Shown one piece after another: positions 41,225-49,658 of a stretch of 61,633 nt of DNA. Under the pieces are notes generated by a model. The model searched no databases. It was given only the letters and a program-made list of their open reading frames with translations, and was not told the origin of the DNA. The position numbers and the translations under genes are program-made. The stretch comes from a virus (Duplodnaviria > Caudoviricetes). Location: positions 1 to 61,633 of IMG/VR virus record IMGVR_UViG_3300037508_000909; one strand, 5' to 3'. Every line of letters begins with the position of its first letter. Within the stretch, counting starts at the first letter, position 1.

Positions 41225-41765
41225 CCGATGGTTGGTCGCAAAAGTGTCAGACGTGCCTGAGATTCAGGTGCGTCTGCTCGCGAGCGGACTGGAGATTTTG
41301 ATTCCCGACCGCTCCGTTGGCACCGATGTGTTTTGTGCAGCGGTCGCAGCCAAGTTGTTGCAAATCAGCGCGAACCCGCCGAAAGGCAGTCGCTCTATCG
41401 CGCAGTGCATTGAGCTTTTTGGCGTGAGTGTGTGCGATATGGAAAGATTTGAGCATGAAGACGTTGCAAGCCACAATCTATCTCGTCACGGCTCAAAGTT
41501 TTGGACAGAACTGCACTTGTTTTCGATACGACGCCCGCCCGCGTTGCTTGCTTACCAATGGTTTGACCACTGGAAAAACTCGCTGCCGTTTGGTGAGTGT
41601 CCTTGCAAAGAGCACTTTGACAAATACATACAACAAAACCCGCCAGACTTTGAATCACTTTTTCAGTGGGGTGTTGATTTTCACAATGCGGTCAATCGTC
41701 GCATTTTAAAGCCGCAAGTAACTATTGAGGAGGCAGTTGAGCTATGGACAAGCCGCGTGTTGTGA
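41214..41765 (+). CDS. Erv1/ALR-family FAD sulfhydryl oxidase-like protein
   Basis: FWTELH...LPFGECPCKEHF...NPP...LFQWGVDFHNAVNRRILKP matches the Erv pattern W..LH / C..H / W....HN.VN. Confidence 0.7.
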   Translation: MKSSRWLVAKVSDVPEIQVRLLASGLEILIPDRSVGTDVFCAAVAAKLLQISANPPKGSRSIAQCIELFGVSVCDMERFEHEDVASHNLSRHGSKFWTELHLFSIRRPPALLAYQWFDHWKNSLPFGECPCKEHFDKYIQQNPPDFESLFQWGVDFHNAVNRRILKPQVTIEEAVELWTSRVL

Positions 41766-41959
41766 GCCATCCGGCATTTCCAGTGCGTGGGGACAACCGA
41801 TTCAACGTCCGACCGAATTCAGGGATGTCCATGCGCGATGTCGTTTTTCTATCGCTCCTGTCCGGATGTGCGACTCGACAAACGCCAACCGAAATCGACA
41901 TTGAAAAATGCTGGCAACTCGCAAATAAAGCACTTGAACTCAGGGAGAAATACAAATGA
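41744..41959 (+). CDS. Small hypothetical protein
   Basis: HPAFP...GMSMRD...CWQLANKAL, a common small phage family pattern. Confidence 0.6.
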   Translation: MDKPRVVSHPAFPVRGDNRFNVRPNSGMSMRDVVFLSLLSGCATRQTPTEIDIEKCWQLANKALELREKYK

Positions 41960-42153
41960 AAAACAACTTAGCTCGGCACGCTTTAAAAATCGAAACGCAG
42001 CACACGCTGGTTGATTACGGAGTACCAAAGAGCAAGCGTAAGTCGTTGAACGGCAGAATCGGAGGCTTGTCGAAGCGCGGCAAGCAGTGCGACTGCAAAG
42101 ACAAATCGTGCCCGAAGTGCGCTGATGACAAAAAAGATTGCGCGTGCGAGTAG
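41956..42153 (+). CDS. Small basic protein with Cys-rich (metallothionein-like) C-terminus
   Basis: CDCKDKSCPKCADDKKDCACE. Confidence 0.55.
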   Translation: MKNNLARHALKIETQHTLVDYGVPKSKRKSLNGRIGGLSKRGKQCDCKDKSCPKCADDKKDCACE

Positions 42154-42205
42154 CTTGTTGAAAGGCATTTACGTCAAGCCATTCAACTTTGCAGAAAAAA
42201 AAGAT

Positions 42206-42241
42206 TTGAACTGAAAAACAAGGCGTGGCAGTTGTTTTGCA
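42206..42241 (+). promoter_or_regulatory. Putative promoter giving a leaderless mRNA for the recombination/replication operon
   Basis: A-tract then TTGAAC-17-CAGTTG; predicted +1 falls on ATG 42241. Confidence 0.4.
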
Positions 42242-42432
42242 TGGCAAGCAACTCCATATATAAAATCCGGTCTGGCGAATATTTGATTACGCCAGAGGCA
42301 CTTGAGCCGCGAAATAAGCGGCACAACGATTACGGCTGGGCAGTGGTCGGAGCCGTGTTTATCATCGCAACGGCGACCGCAATCTACCTGCGTCATTCAT
42401 TCGACGCATTAGTGCAGGAGGTGGGCCTGTGA
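42241..42432 (+). CDS. Small membrane protein
   Basis: TM segment WAVVGAVFIIATATAIYL; GTGA coupling to next gene. Confidence 0.55.
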   Translation: MASNSIYKIRSGEYLITPEALEPRNKRHNDYGWAVVGAVFIIATATAIYLRHSFDALVQEVGL

Positions 42433-43481
42433 GCACTCTCTCCGCCAGTGAACTGGCATACAACTTCCCAGTCGTTGATGCGGCTGGGGCGAAAGCGACG
42501 GCTCTGTTTATCGCTTGGGCCAAGAACTTTGACTCAATCCTCGCGGAGCACGACGTGCTCGCTGTCGAGAGCGAGTTTCAGTTCCCACTACTCAATCCTG
42601 AGACGGGAGCCGCGTCGAAGACCTTCGTCGAGGCTGGCAAAATTGACGGTATTCTAAGGTGTAAAGAGACTGGCAAAATCAAAGTGCTGGAGCACAAAAC
42701 GACCAGCGACTCACTTGGGAGCGACAGCAATTATTGGCTCAGGCTGACGATGGACACTCAGGTTAGCAAATACCTGCTTTCCGCTCGCGCTTCAGGATAC
42801 GATTGCAACTCAGTCATTTACGACGTTGTCCGCAAGCCTCAGTACGACCTCAAACAAATCCCGATAACTGACGCGGATGGCGTCGTCATCGTTCTGGGGC
42901 CGGATGGCGAGCGCGTCCGGACGAAAGACGGCAAGCGATTCCGACAGACTGGCGACTCAGAGTTAGGCTATGTCGTACAAACGCGCCAAGAGACAATCCA
43001 CGAACTGCATCAGCGCACGCTGGATGCGCTGAATGCGGAGCCGAGTAAGTACTTGTATGTGCGTGAGATTGCGCGTCAGGACGACGAAATCCTTGAGTAC
43101 ATGGCAGATGCGTGGTGTACGTCGAAACAGATTCTGTATTTCCGCCAAAAAAATCTTTGGCCGAGAAATCCGGCAGCTTGCCTCGCATTCGGAACCTGCG
43201 AGTATTTCGACCTCTGCGCGGGCAAAGTCGGAGTTGATGGTGTCAACTTCAAGGCTCTGTCCGCATCGCCCCACAATGAATTGGAAATGGAAGTCCCTGA
43301 AGGGCAGTCGCTCCTCACGAACTCGCGCATATCCGCGCTCCGGAAATGCAGCCGCTACCATGACTTGCGGTACGAACAAAATGTCCGGTCGCTTCGCGTG
43401 GAAGACGAAGCACTCCGGCTCGGAACAATCTTCCATCAGTTAGCCGAACAATACATAAAGCAATGGATATCAAGAGCTTAA
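42429..43481 (+). CDS. PD-(D/E)XK exonuclease, Cas4/AddB-like, circularly permuted
   Basis: AVE...GKIDG...LEHKTT...QVSKY; Cys triad CLAFGTCEYFDLC. Confidence 0.85.
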   Translation: MSTLSASELAYNFPVVDAAGAKATALFIAWAKNFDSILAEHDVLAVESEFQFPLLNPETGAASKTFVEAGKIDGILRCKETGKIKVLEHKTTSDSLGSDSNYWLRLTMDTQVSKYLLSARASGYDCNSVIYDVVRKPQYDLKQIPITDADGVVIVLGPDGERVRTKDGKRFRQTGDSELGYVVQTRQETIHELHQRTLDALNAEPSKYLYVREIARQDDEILEYMADAWCTSKQILYFRQKNLWPRNPAACLAFGTCEYFDLCAGKVGVDGVNFKALSASPHNELEMEVPEGQSLLTNSRISALRKCSRYHDLRYEQNVRSLRVEDEALRLGTIFHQLAEQYIKQWISRA

Positions 43482-44320
43482 TCACAAACAAAAACGCCGA
43501 CCTGCCTCCGAGAATCTTTCTCTTTGGGCAAGAGGGTATTGGGAAGACAACATTCGGGGCTGGTGCTCCGAACCCGCTATTCATCTGCGCCGAGGACGGG
43601 TTGATGGGGCTGGAGGACAGCATCGACCGAGTCACTCCGACTGGGTTTGCTCAACTCCTCAAAGTCATCGAAAGCCTTGAGGTAGACCAGCTAGGATACA
43701 AATCAATCGTGCTCGACACTGTTGACTGGCTGGAACGCCAAATCCACAAGTTTGTTTGCACTCGCGACAATGAGCAAAACATTGAGGCTTATGGATATGG
43801 AAAGGGCTACAAGGTTGCGGAGTTGGAACTAAATCGTCTACTCAACGGGCTTACTGCTCTGCGTCAGAAGGGCTTGTGCATCATCCTGCTTGGGCACGCT
43901 CAAATCAGGACGTGCGCTCCTCCGGACGCTGAACCGTTTGACCGTTGGGAGCCGAAGGGACACAAGACCTTCGTCGGAATGATTAAGGAGTGGGCGGACG
44001 TTTGCCTGTTCGCGACTCGCGACCTGTTCCGGAGCAAGGTCAATGGGGTTGACCGGACGCTCGATGGCGGGCGCGTCGTCAAGACCAATTGGTCGCCCGC
44101 GTTCGACGCCAAAAACCGCTTGATGCTCAAAGATATCTTGGAGCTTTCTTGGGCAGCGTTTGAGGCAGACCTTGCCTCGTCAAAACTGCGCCGGACATTC
44201 CAGTCCCTGCTCGCAAAAACAACCAAGCTCTCGCCCGAAGAACGGGCAACGTGGGAAAAAGTGAATCCGCTCGCTTTGTCCGACGACAAACTAAAAGCGG
44301 GAATCGAAAAGCTCAAGTAA
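43463..44320 (+). CDS. Sak4-like AAA_24 ATPase (ssDNA annealing recombinase)
   Basis: GQEGIGKTT, SIVLDTVDWLE, GYGKGY, EWADV, AKNR. Confidence 0.85.
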   Translation: MDIKSLITNKNADLPPRIFLFGQEGIGKTTFGAGAPNPLFICAEDGLMGLEDSIDRVTPTGFAQLLKVIESLEVDQLGYKSIVLDTVDWLERQIHKFVCTRDNEQNIEAYGYGKGYKVAELELNRLLNGLTALRQKGLCIILLGHAQIRTCAPPDAEPFDRWEPKGHKTFVGMIKEWADVCLFATRDLFRSKVNGVDRTLDGGRVVKTNWSPAFDAKNRLMLKDILELSWAAFEADLASSKLRRTFQSLLAKTTKLSPEERATWEKVNPLALSDDKLKAGIEKLK

Positions 44321-44326
44321 CACAGT

Positions 44327-44878
44327 ATGAAATACATAGATGAGGCCGGAACTTATACGGCATTGGTGGTCAAACCGAAGTTGGGATGGTTTGATGTCAG
44401 CGAGAAAAAGGGCACTCCATATCTGCGCTTGCCGTTGCAAGTGATTGATGAAGAGTGCAATGGGAATCAGGTGAACCACTACATTGTGGCTGAGTTTTAC
44501 CTGACGGAGAAAACTCTGGAGCGCGTGGTGGACACATTCCGAAACGCATTTGGTGTGTCGGCGGATTTCCTCAAGCGGTTGCAGGAGGGAGATGACACCA
44601 TCATCGTCGGTCACGAATGCTCCATCGTCGTTGAACTAGAAAGCTACAACGGCAAAGAGTACGCAAAAGTGAAGTGGCTCAACAACATCAACGGGCAACC
44701 CAAGGTTTCCTCGGACGAGTTGACGAACCTAATCGCATCGCTCTCGAAGAAAGCGGTCGCATTGACTCAGGCGAAAGCGGCTCAGGCTCAGGCGGAAAGC
44801 CGTCCACGGGCTGAAGCTGCTCGGCCCAAGGCACCTGCAAAACAGGTGAGCGACGACGACGACGACATCCCGTTCTAA
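44327..44878 (+). CDS. ssb: Single-stranded DNA-binding protein (DUF669-like)
   Basis: C-terminal DDDDDIPF; follows Sak4-like gene. Confidence 0.8.
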   Translation: MKYIDEAGTYTALVVKPKLGWFDVSEKKGTPYLRLPLQVIDEECNGNQVNHYIVAEFYLTEKTLERVVDTFRNAFGVSADFLKRLQEGDDTIIVGHECSIVVELESYNGKEYAKVKWLNNINGQPKVSSDELTNLIASLSKKAVALTQAKAAQAQAESRPRAEAARPKAPAKQVSDDDDDIPF

Positions 44879-44882
44879 GCCG

Positions 44883-45290
44883 TTGCAAACAATCGAGTTC
44901 ACCTTGCCTGTGCAGCCGTTGTCCACCCAGTTTGGTGGGCGACGGCTCACCGTCGTCAAGGGTCGCATCAAATTTTTTAAGCAGCAGAAGGTGCAGAGTT
45001 GGTCTCAAGCGATTGAGTGGCATTCGCTTCCCTACCGACCGAAAGAGCCGCTCACGGGGCCGCTCGCGCTCAAGCTGGTATTTGTGTTGGCGCGACCAAA
45101 GCGAATGAGGAAAGGAGAGCGAGAGTATTGTCCGGCGCGGCCCGACTGCGACAATCTTACCAAAGGGCTACAGGATGCGTTGCGAGGCTTCTGGGCGGAT
45201 GACGCTCAGGTTTGCGAGTTGCGCGTCTCAAAATGGTACGCGGCATCCGGCGAGTTTCCGTGTATCGAAGTGAAACTCAGACAATTATGA
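44883..45290 (+). CDS. rusA: RusA-family Holliday junction resolvase
   Basis: RPDCDNLTKGLQDAL...WADDAQV. Confidence 0.9.
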   Translation: MQTIEFTLPVQPLSTQFGGRRLTVVKGRIKFFKQQKVQSWSQAIEWHSLPYRPKEPLTGPLALKLVFVLARPKRMRKGEREYCPARPDCDNLTKGLQDALRGFWADDAQVCELRVSKWYAASGEFPCIEVKLRQL

Positions 45291-46138
45291 CTTTTTATAT
45301 GTTCCACATCGCGGATTTTTACTCTGCGACAAGGCACTTAACTTTCGACGAGCGAGCAATATATCGCGAGCTTCTGGACATTTACTACGATTCCGAAAAG
45401 CCCTTGACGCTTGATTTGGATAAACTTGCGAGACTTGTTTGCTGCCGGACTCCGGAGTCAAAGGCCGCGCTCCAAGGCATCCTCGACGAGTTCTTTGATG
45501 CGACGCCGGACGGCTATCGCTCGTCCAGAGCCGACGAGGAAATCGCTCGCTACTACGAAAAGCGAGACAGTCTCAAGGCCCGCGCCGAAAAGCGGTGGCA
45601 GAAGCCAGCGAAAGCCGCTGAACCAGCCACTCGAATCAACGGCAATGCTACGGCAGTGCCACTGCATTCCAACGGCACTCCCGATGCGGTGCAGCCGGAT
45701 GCTGTTGAAGAGCCAGTGGACTGCTCGGCAATGCAATTACAATTACAAGTACAATTAAGAAGAGAAGAACCCCCCTTACCCCCCTCACGGGGGGGCAGGA
45801 AGGATTCAGTCGGCCCGTTGTCATCGTGGAGTGATTTGCCAGCAGGATTTGACTCGGAAGAGTTTCGCGCTCAATGGCTTGAGTTCTTGAGCTATCGCAA
45901 GGAAATGCGTAAGCCATTGCGCTCAAAGTCCTCTGAGTCAATGATTTGGAAGGCAATGGAGCGGCATGGACTTGAGAAGTCACTCGCTGCCATCCGGCGG
46001 ACGATTGCGATGGGCTGGCAGGGCATTTTTTTCGAGGATGCGACCAAACCCCTACCCGCCGCATCCGGAGCCTCCCAGCGGGCTGCTAGAGCCTCCCGCG
46101 AGCACGTTGAAACCCATTACGAACTGCCCGAACTGTGA
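45287..46138 (+). CDS. Replication initiator, DUF1376/YdaU family
   Basis: FHIADFYSATRHLTFDERAIYRELLDIYY...RADEEI; PPLPP linker; C-terminal W..FL.YRKE..K...GWQGIF. Confidence 0.85.
   Translation: MTFYMFHIADFYSATRHLTFDERAIYRELLDIYYDSEKPLTLDLDKLARLVCCRTPESKAALQGILDEFFDATPDGYRSSRADEEIARYYEKRDSLKARAEKRWQKPAKAAEPATRINGNATAVPLHSNGTPDAVQPDAVEEPVDCSAMQLQLQVQLRREEPPLPPSRGGRKDSVGPLSSWSDLPAGFDSEEFRAQWLEFLSYRKEMRKPLRSKSSESMIWKAMERHGLEKSLAAIRRTIAMGWQGIFFEDATKPLPAASGASQRAARASREHVETHYELPEL
45639..45796. repeat. Iteron-like repeats / probable replication origin
   Basis: Tandem 11-mers ACGGCAATGCT, ACGGCAGTGCC, ACTGCATTCCA, ACGGCACTCCC; TCGGCAATGCA at 45725; (CAATTA)x4 with one variant at 45734-45757; C6/G6 hairpin. 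Confidence 0.55.
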
Positions 46139-46797
46139 GCAACGTCGAACAGGTCATCGCGAGCATGGTCGCGAGCATTGGCAGGTCGCGCTCTCAAGAG
46201 CACATTGACGAGCAGTTAACCGAAGAGCGCGAGGCAGTTATGAAGGAAGGCAAGCGGCTATTTGCCGCTGCTGAAGTCCCCTTGAGGCATAGCGAGCGGT
46301 CGGAACTTGATGGAGATGAGTGGCTTACCAAGTTTGACAACTTGAAGCGGATGCTCAACCGAGGAATGCTCGTCGTTGTGTCCGGCCCACGGGGGAGCGG
46401 TAAGACGCAACTCGCAGTCGAGTTGATACGAGCGTGCTGCATCGCGCAAAAGCCTCAGTCTGCGCTATATGCGACAGCAATGGACTTCTACCTCGACCTC
46501 AAGAGCACCTTTTCCCCCAATGCCCGCGAAACCGAGAGGGATGTCTGCCGAAGGTTCTGCGCCCCAAGGCTTTTGGTCATCGACGAAGCTCACGAACGCG
46601 CTGAAAGCGAGTGGTTTGGAAGGCTTTTGTATCATGTTGTGGACAAAAGATATGCATCACTCAAGGATACCTTGTTTGTTACAAATCAAACAAAAACGGA
46701 GTTTGCTGATGCGCTCGGAGCCTCGTCGAAGTCACGAATCCTCGAAACAGGTGGGTTTTTGACGCTCGAACAGCGCAATTACCGCAACGCCAAGTAG
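46135..46797 (+). CDS. DnaC/IstB-like helicase loader ATPase
   Basis: GPRGSGKT, LLVIDE, VVDKRY, VTNQ; follows the initiator. Confidence 0.88.
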   Translation: MSNVEQVIASMVASIGRSRSQEHIDEQLTEEREAVMKEGKRLFAAAEVPLRHSERSELDGDEWLTKFDNLKRMLNRGMLVVVSGPRGSGKTQLAVELIRACCIAQKPQSALYATAMDFYLDLKSTFSPNARETERDVCRRFCAPRLLVIDEAHERAESEWFGRLLYHVVDKRYASLKDTLFVTNQTKTEFADALGASSKSRILETGGFLTLEQRNYRNAK

Positions 46798-46810
46798 CGT
46801 AAAATCAGAG

Positions 46811-46922
46811 AGTTGTGTTTTATGACACAACTTCCTGATAAAAAATGTTTTTTTTGTGGGAGGCATGGGGCATAGTCGTTTTCAGCGGAAGCATCCGCGA
46901 CAACAACCAACCAATCAAAAAA
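46811..46922 (+). promoter_or_regulatory. Cassette leader repeat R1
   Basis: Perfect palindrome AGTTGTGT-N6-ACACAACT, A-tract, CATAGTC, hairpin GCGGA/TCCGC, A/C-rich leader. Confidence 0.8.
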
Positions 46923-47444
46923 ATGAGCAAGCACTATCAATACAAGCACGGGGTTGATACCCACGGTCGCCCCCTCGGCATATCCAGCATCTGGACTGCA
47001 AAATCATTCTCCGGCAGAGAGGTTTACCTCTGGGCAAACCGATGCGGAGAGGGAGAGGAGGATACCTTTGAAGCGGCAGTGCGGGAGGCGGAAGGGGCGT
47101 TGACACCTCCTATCGAGGTTGCCAACAACGGGCAAGGGGGCGACCAGCGCATTATCATCTGGAAGAATCCAGTGACTGGCGTGAGGCACGCGGAAACGAA
47201 CGGAGACAACTTCTGGGAGGAGCAAGACTTGGAGGGATTCCTCCTCCTCCTCGCTGAGTGTGGCATCATCGAATCCGGAGTCCGCGTCGTCCATACCGAC
47301 GACGAGTACAACGAGCACCTCGGCACGGTACTCCAGATTGATGGCGACCTCGCCCGCATCGTTTTCGACGACGGTCAGGAGGGCTGGGAGCGGCTCGATT
47401 CGCTCTACGCCGCAACGGCAAAGGATGTTATTCGGTTCGCTTAA
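46923..47444 (+). CDS. Hypothetical protein, C-terminal SH3/KOW-like
   Basis: ATG after R1; GVRVVH...GTVLQIDGDLARIVFDDG. Confidence 0.65.
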   Translation: MSKHYQYKHGVDTHGRPLGISSIWTAKSFSGREVYLWANRCGEGEEDTFEAAVREAEGALTPPIEVANNGQGGDQRIIIWKNPVTGVRHAETNGDNFWEEQDLEGFLLLLAECGIIESGVRVVHTDDEYNEHLGTVLQIDGDLARIVFDDGQEGWERLDSLYAATAKDVIRFA

Positions 47445-47448
47445 CCAA

Positions 47449-47489
47449 AACAAAGCCCCCCTCACGGGGGGCGCAACCTACCAAAAACT
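47449..47489 (+). repeat. Type-B leader hairpin repeat, copy 1
   Basis: GCCCCCC-TCAC-GGGGGGC-GCAACCTACCAAAAA. Confidence 0.75.
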
Positions 47490-47966
47490 GTGACTGCAAT
47501 ATTTGACATTCAGGGGCGGGAATACCGTCCCACCGCTGCCGACCTTACCGAGGGCTGGGAAGCCCCCGCTGGATTGCCCTTGGCCATCCGAGCCGAGGTC
47601 GAGCCTGACCTAGACCGCATCATTGGTGCGGTCATTCGACCGCTCCTCGCCCCCAACTGGCTAGGGAGGTTTGAGTCCGTGGATGGACTCGTTTTAGTCG
47701 CCTGTGTTGGCGACTCAGGTCGCACTCGCCATGCGTGGGTGCCCCTCAGCCCCCGCATCCTCGCTGCGTGCGGAGAGCAGCTTGCCCTCCTTGCCTCGGC
47801 TGAGGCATACGCCACAAAAAAAGCGGCGGCGGAAGAAACACCTGCAACTCCCGTCTCTCGCCCTCCCGCAAGCGCGTATTCCGCGCCGACGGGCGACCCG
47901 TTGCGCGATGCGTCCACTTGGGCGCAGGAGGCATATCTCGCGGGAGATTCCATTTGCGGAGACTAG
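47490..47966 (+). CDS. Hypothetical protein
   Basis: GTG start directly after a type-B repeat. Confidence 0.6.
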   Translation: MTAIFDIQGREYRPTAADLTEGWEAPAGLPLAIRAEVEPDLDRIIGAVIRPLLAPNWLGRFESVDGLVLVACVGDSGRTRHAWVPLSPRILAACGEQLALLASAEAYATKKAAAEETPATPVSRPPASAYSAPTGDPLRDASTWAQEAYLAGDSICGD

Positions 47967-47987
47967 TACTCAAATCAAAAACACACC

Positions 47988-48323
47988 GTGAAACTTCAAA
48001 ATCTTACACCACACCACATTACGTTGTTTGGCGAAAACGGAGCGGTAAACATTCCGCCGAGCGGACAGGTCGCTCGTCTAGCCGTAACCCGCGAGACGCT
48101 CGCGCCCATTGTCATCGACGGAGTTGTCCTCCCCGTCTCTCGCCCCACGTTTGGAGAAATCGTCGGGCTACCCGAACCTGAAGCCGGAGTCCTTTATGTT
48201 GTATCCGCACTTGTTGCGGAACAGGCAAAACGACAGGACGTTGTGTCGGTTGGCGAATTGCTTCGAGATGAAGCAGGTCGCGTCATCGGTGGGAGCGGAC
48301 TTTGCGCTTACACAAGCATTTGA
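47988..48323 (+). CDS. Conserved viral 'NLTPH' family protein, function unknown
   Basis: NLTPH...PPSG.VAR...GLPEPE.GV.YVVS.LV...RDE.GR.IG. Confidence 0.7.
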   Translation: MKLQNLTPHHITLFGENGAVNIPPSGQVARLAVTRETLAPIVIDGVVLPVSRPTFGEIVGLPEPEAGVLYVVSALVAEQAKRQDVVSVGELLRDEAGRVIGGSGLCAYTSI

Positions 48324-48334
48324 AAACAAAACAC

Positions 48335-48631
48335 ATGAATACACAAAACATTGAAAGAAAGCTGCTTATCGACAGCAGAAATGGAGTGTACATTCCGTAT
48401 CAGTTTGCAAAGCGTTTCATCGCAGACTCTTGGAATGTATCGAAAGAGGACGAGCAGATTTTGCTCGACGGGCCGGACAACGAAAACTACTGGGAAGCAT
48501 GGTGTTATGTGCTCGACAGCGCGTACTACTGCGACGAGTTGGGAATAAAATGGTTCTTGGTACAGGACGATGGCGACTTGTTCGCTGTTGCGGAAAACGC
48601 TGAGGATGAAGACGATGAATGCGACGATTGA
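48335..48631 (+). CDS. Acidic hypothetical protein
   Basis: GVYIP..F...GPDNENYWEAW...QDDGDLF. Confidence 0.65.
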   Translation: MNTQNIERKLLIDSRNGVYIPYQFAKRFIADSWNVSKEDEQILLDGPDNENYWEAWCYVLDSAYYCDELGIKWFLVQDDGDLFAVAENAEDEDDECDD

Positions 48632-49181
48632 AGAAACCAACAAGGGGCTGCTGCGAGCTTGGCAGCATCCGAGTCGAGGGTACTACTGGTCGCTCGCAGA
48701 GCTTGGAGGATGGGCTGAGGGCGAGGTGCAAGCCCTCAAAGCTGGTCGCAACGCTCCGCTCCGCGACATAGAGCGGTTCCCGACCGTGCAAGCCGCGAGC
48801 TTCTTTACTGCTCTTAGGCAGCTAAGTGCAAGGCTGGTAGGCACTAAAGAGTTGTATCACTACATCGATATCGTTGAGCCGGATGGAACCGTATCCGGCG
48901 TGCATACCTGTAAGTACTTTGGAAATGAAGAGTTTACGATTCGCATATGGGCGCGGAACGACGACGACTTGAAAGACGAGCACTACTTTTTGGCGCAACA
49001 CACTCTGCGAGACGTGCTTAAGTGCAAATACAACGCTAAAACGCGCAGCATTAACGTGTTGCAACACTCGATACCCGTGCGAAACGATGTCGAGTGGATT
49101 GACGAGACAGTCGAACTGCGCGACGTGAGCTTTTATATGGCTGGCGCAAGTGGCTGCATCCAAGCGTATTACCCGCTATGA
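48615..49181 (+). CDS. Hypothetical protein
   Basis: ORF whose stop is the TGA in TATGA of repeat R2. Confidence 0.6.
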   Translation: MNATIEETNKGLLRAWQHPSRGYYWSLAELGGWAEGEVQALKAGRNAPLRDIERFPTVQAASFFTALRQLSARLVGTKELYHYIDIVEPDGTVSGVHTCKYFGNEEFTIRIWARNDDDLKDEHYFLAQHTLRDVLKCKYNAKTRSINVLQHSIPVRNDVEWIDETVELRDVSFYMAGASGCIQAYYPL

Positions 49182-49284
49182 CACAACTTCCTGAGAAAAA
49201 TACTTTTCTTAGCGGGAGCGTTGTGGGAGAGTCATCTCAAGCGGGAGCCATCCCGTGAGAAGCAAAACCAAACCTACCAAAAAA
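49177..49284 (+). promoter_or_regulatory. Cassette leader repeat R2
   Basis: TATGACACAACTTCCTGAGAAAAA...AAGCGGGA/TCCCGT hairpin...AAAAAAATG. Confidence 0.8.
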
Positions 49285-49617
49285 ATGAACACATCACATA
49301 AACACTTAACTGACCTCATCAGGGGCATCCTCGCCAACGCATGGCACTCCCAAATCAACCTCTGCCTTACGGAAGAGGGGTATGACTGGATTCCGAAGGG
49401 CAATCGTTGGGAAACCCAGCACCTTTGCCTCGTTGACCAAGACGGTCTGTTGTCGGCATGGCAATCGGACGAGGAGCCGGATGCGGAAGGTCTCGCGGAA
49501 TGGGTGCAGGACAATGTCCGCGAGTGGATTCGCGGGGCAATCTCAACCGAAATTCAAGAGCATGAGCCGAGCGATGAACGCATCGCATTCCTTAACAGGC
49601 TGCTCGAAAACATCTAA
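49285..49617 (+). CDS. Hypothetical protein
   Basis: ATG after R2. Confidence 0.65.
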   Translation: MNTSHKHLTDLIRGILANAWHSQINLCLTEEGYDWIPKGNRWETQHLCLVDQDGLLSAWQSDEEPDAEGLAEWVQDNVREWIRGAISTEIQEHEPSDERIAFLNRLLENI

Positions 49618-49619
49618 TC

Positions 49620-49658
49620 AAACAAGCCCCCCTTGCGGGGGCGCAACTTACTAAAAAA
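49620..49658 (+). repeat. Type-B leader hairpin repeat, copy 2
   Basis: GCCCCCCTTGCGGGGGCGCAACTTACTAAAAAA. Confidence 0.75.

Noticed and set aside
42429-43481. Cas4 as part of a CRISPR system
   Set aside because: Context (Sak4-like, SSB, RusA) is a phage recombination module; no array or other cas genes
47988-48323. Anti-CRISPR ring nuclease assignment for the NLTPH protein
   Set aside because: I cannot match it to AcrIII-1/DUF1874 motifs by eye; a profile search is needed
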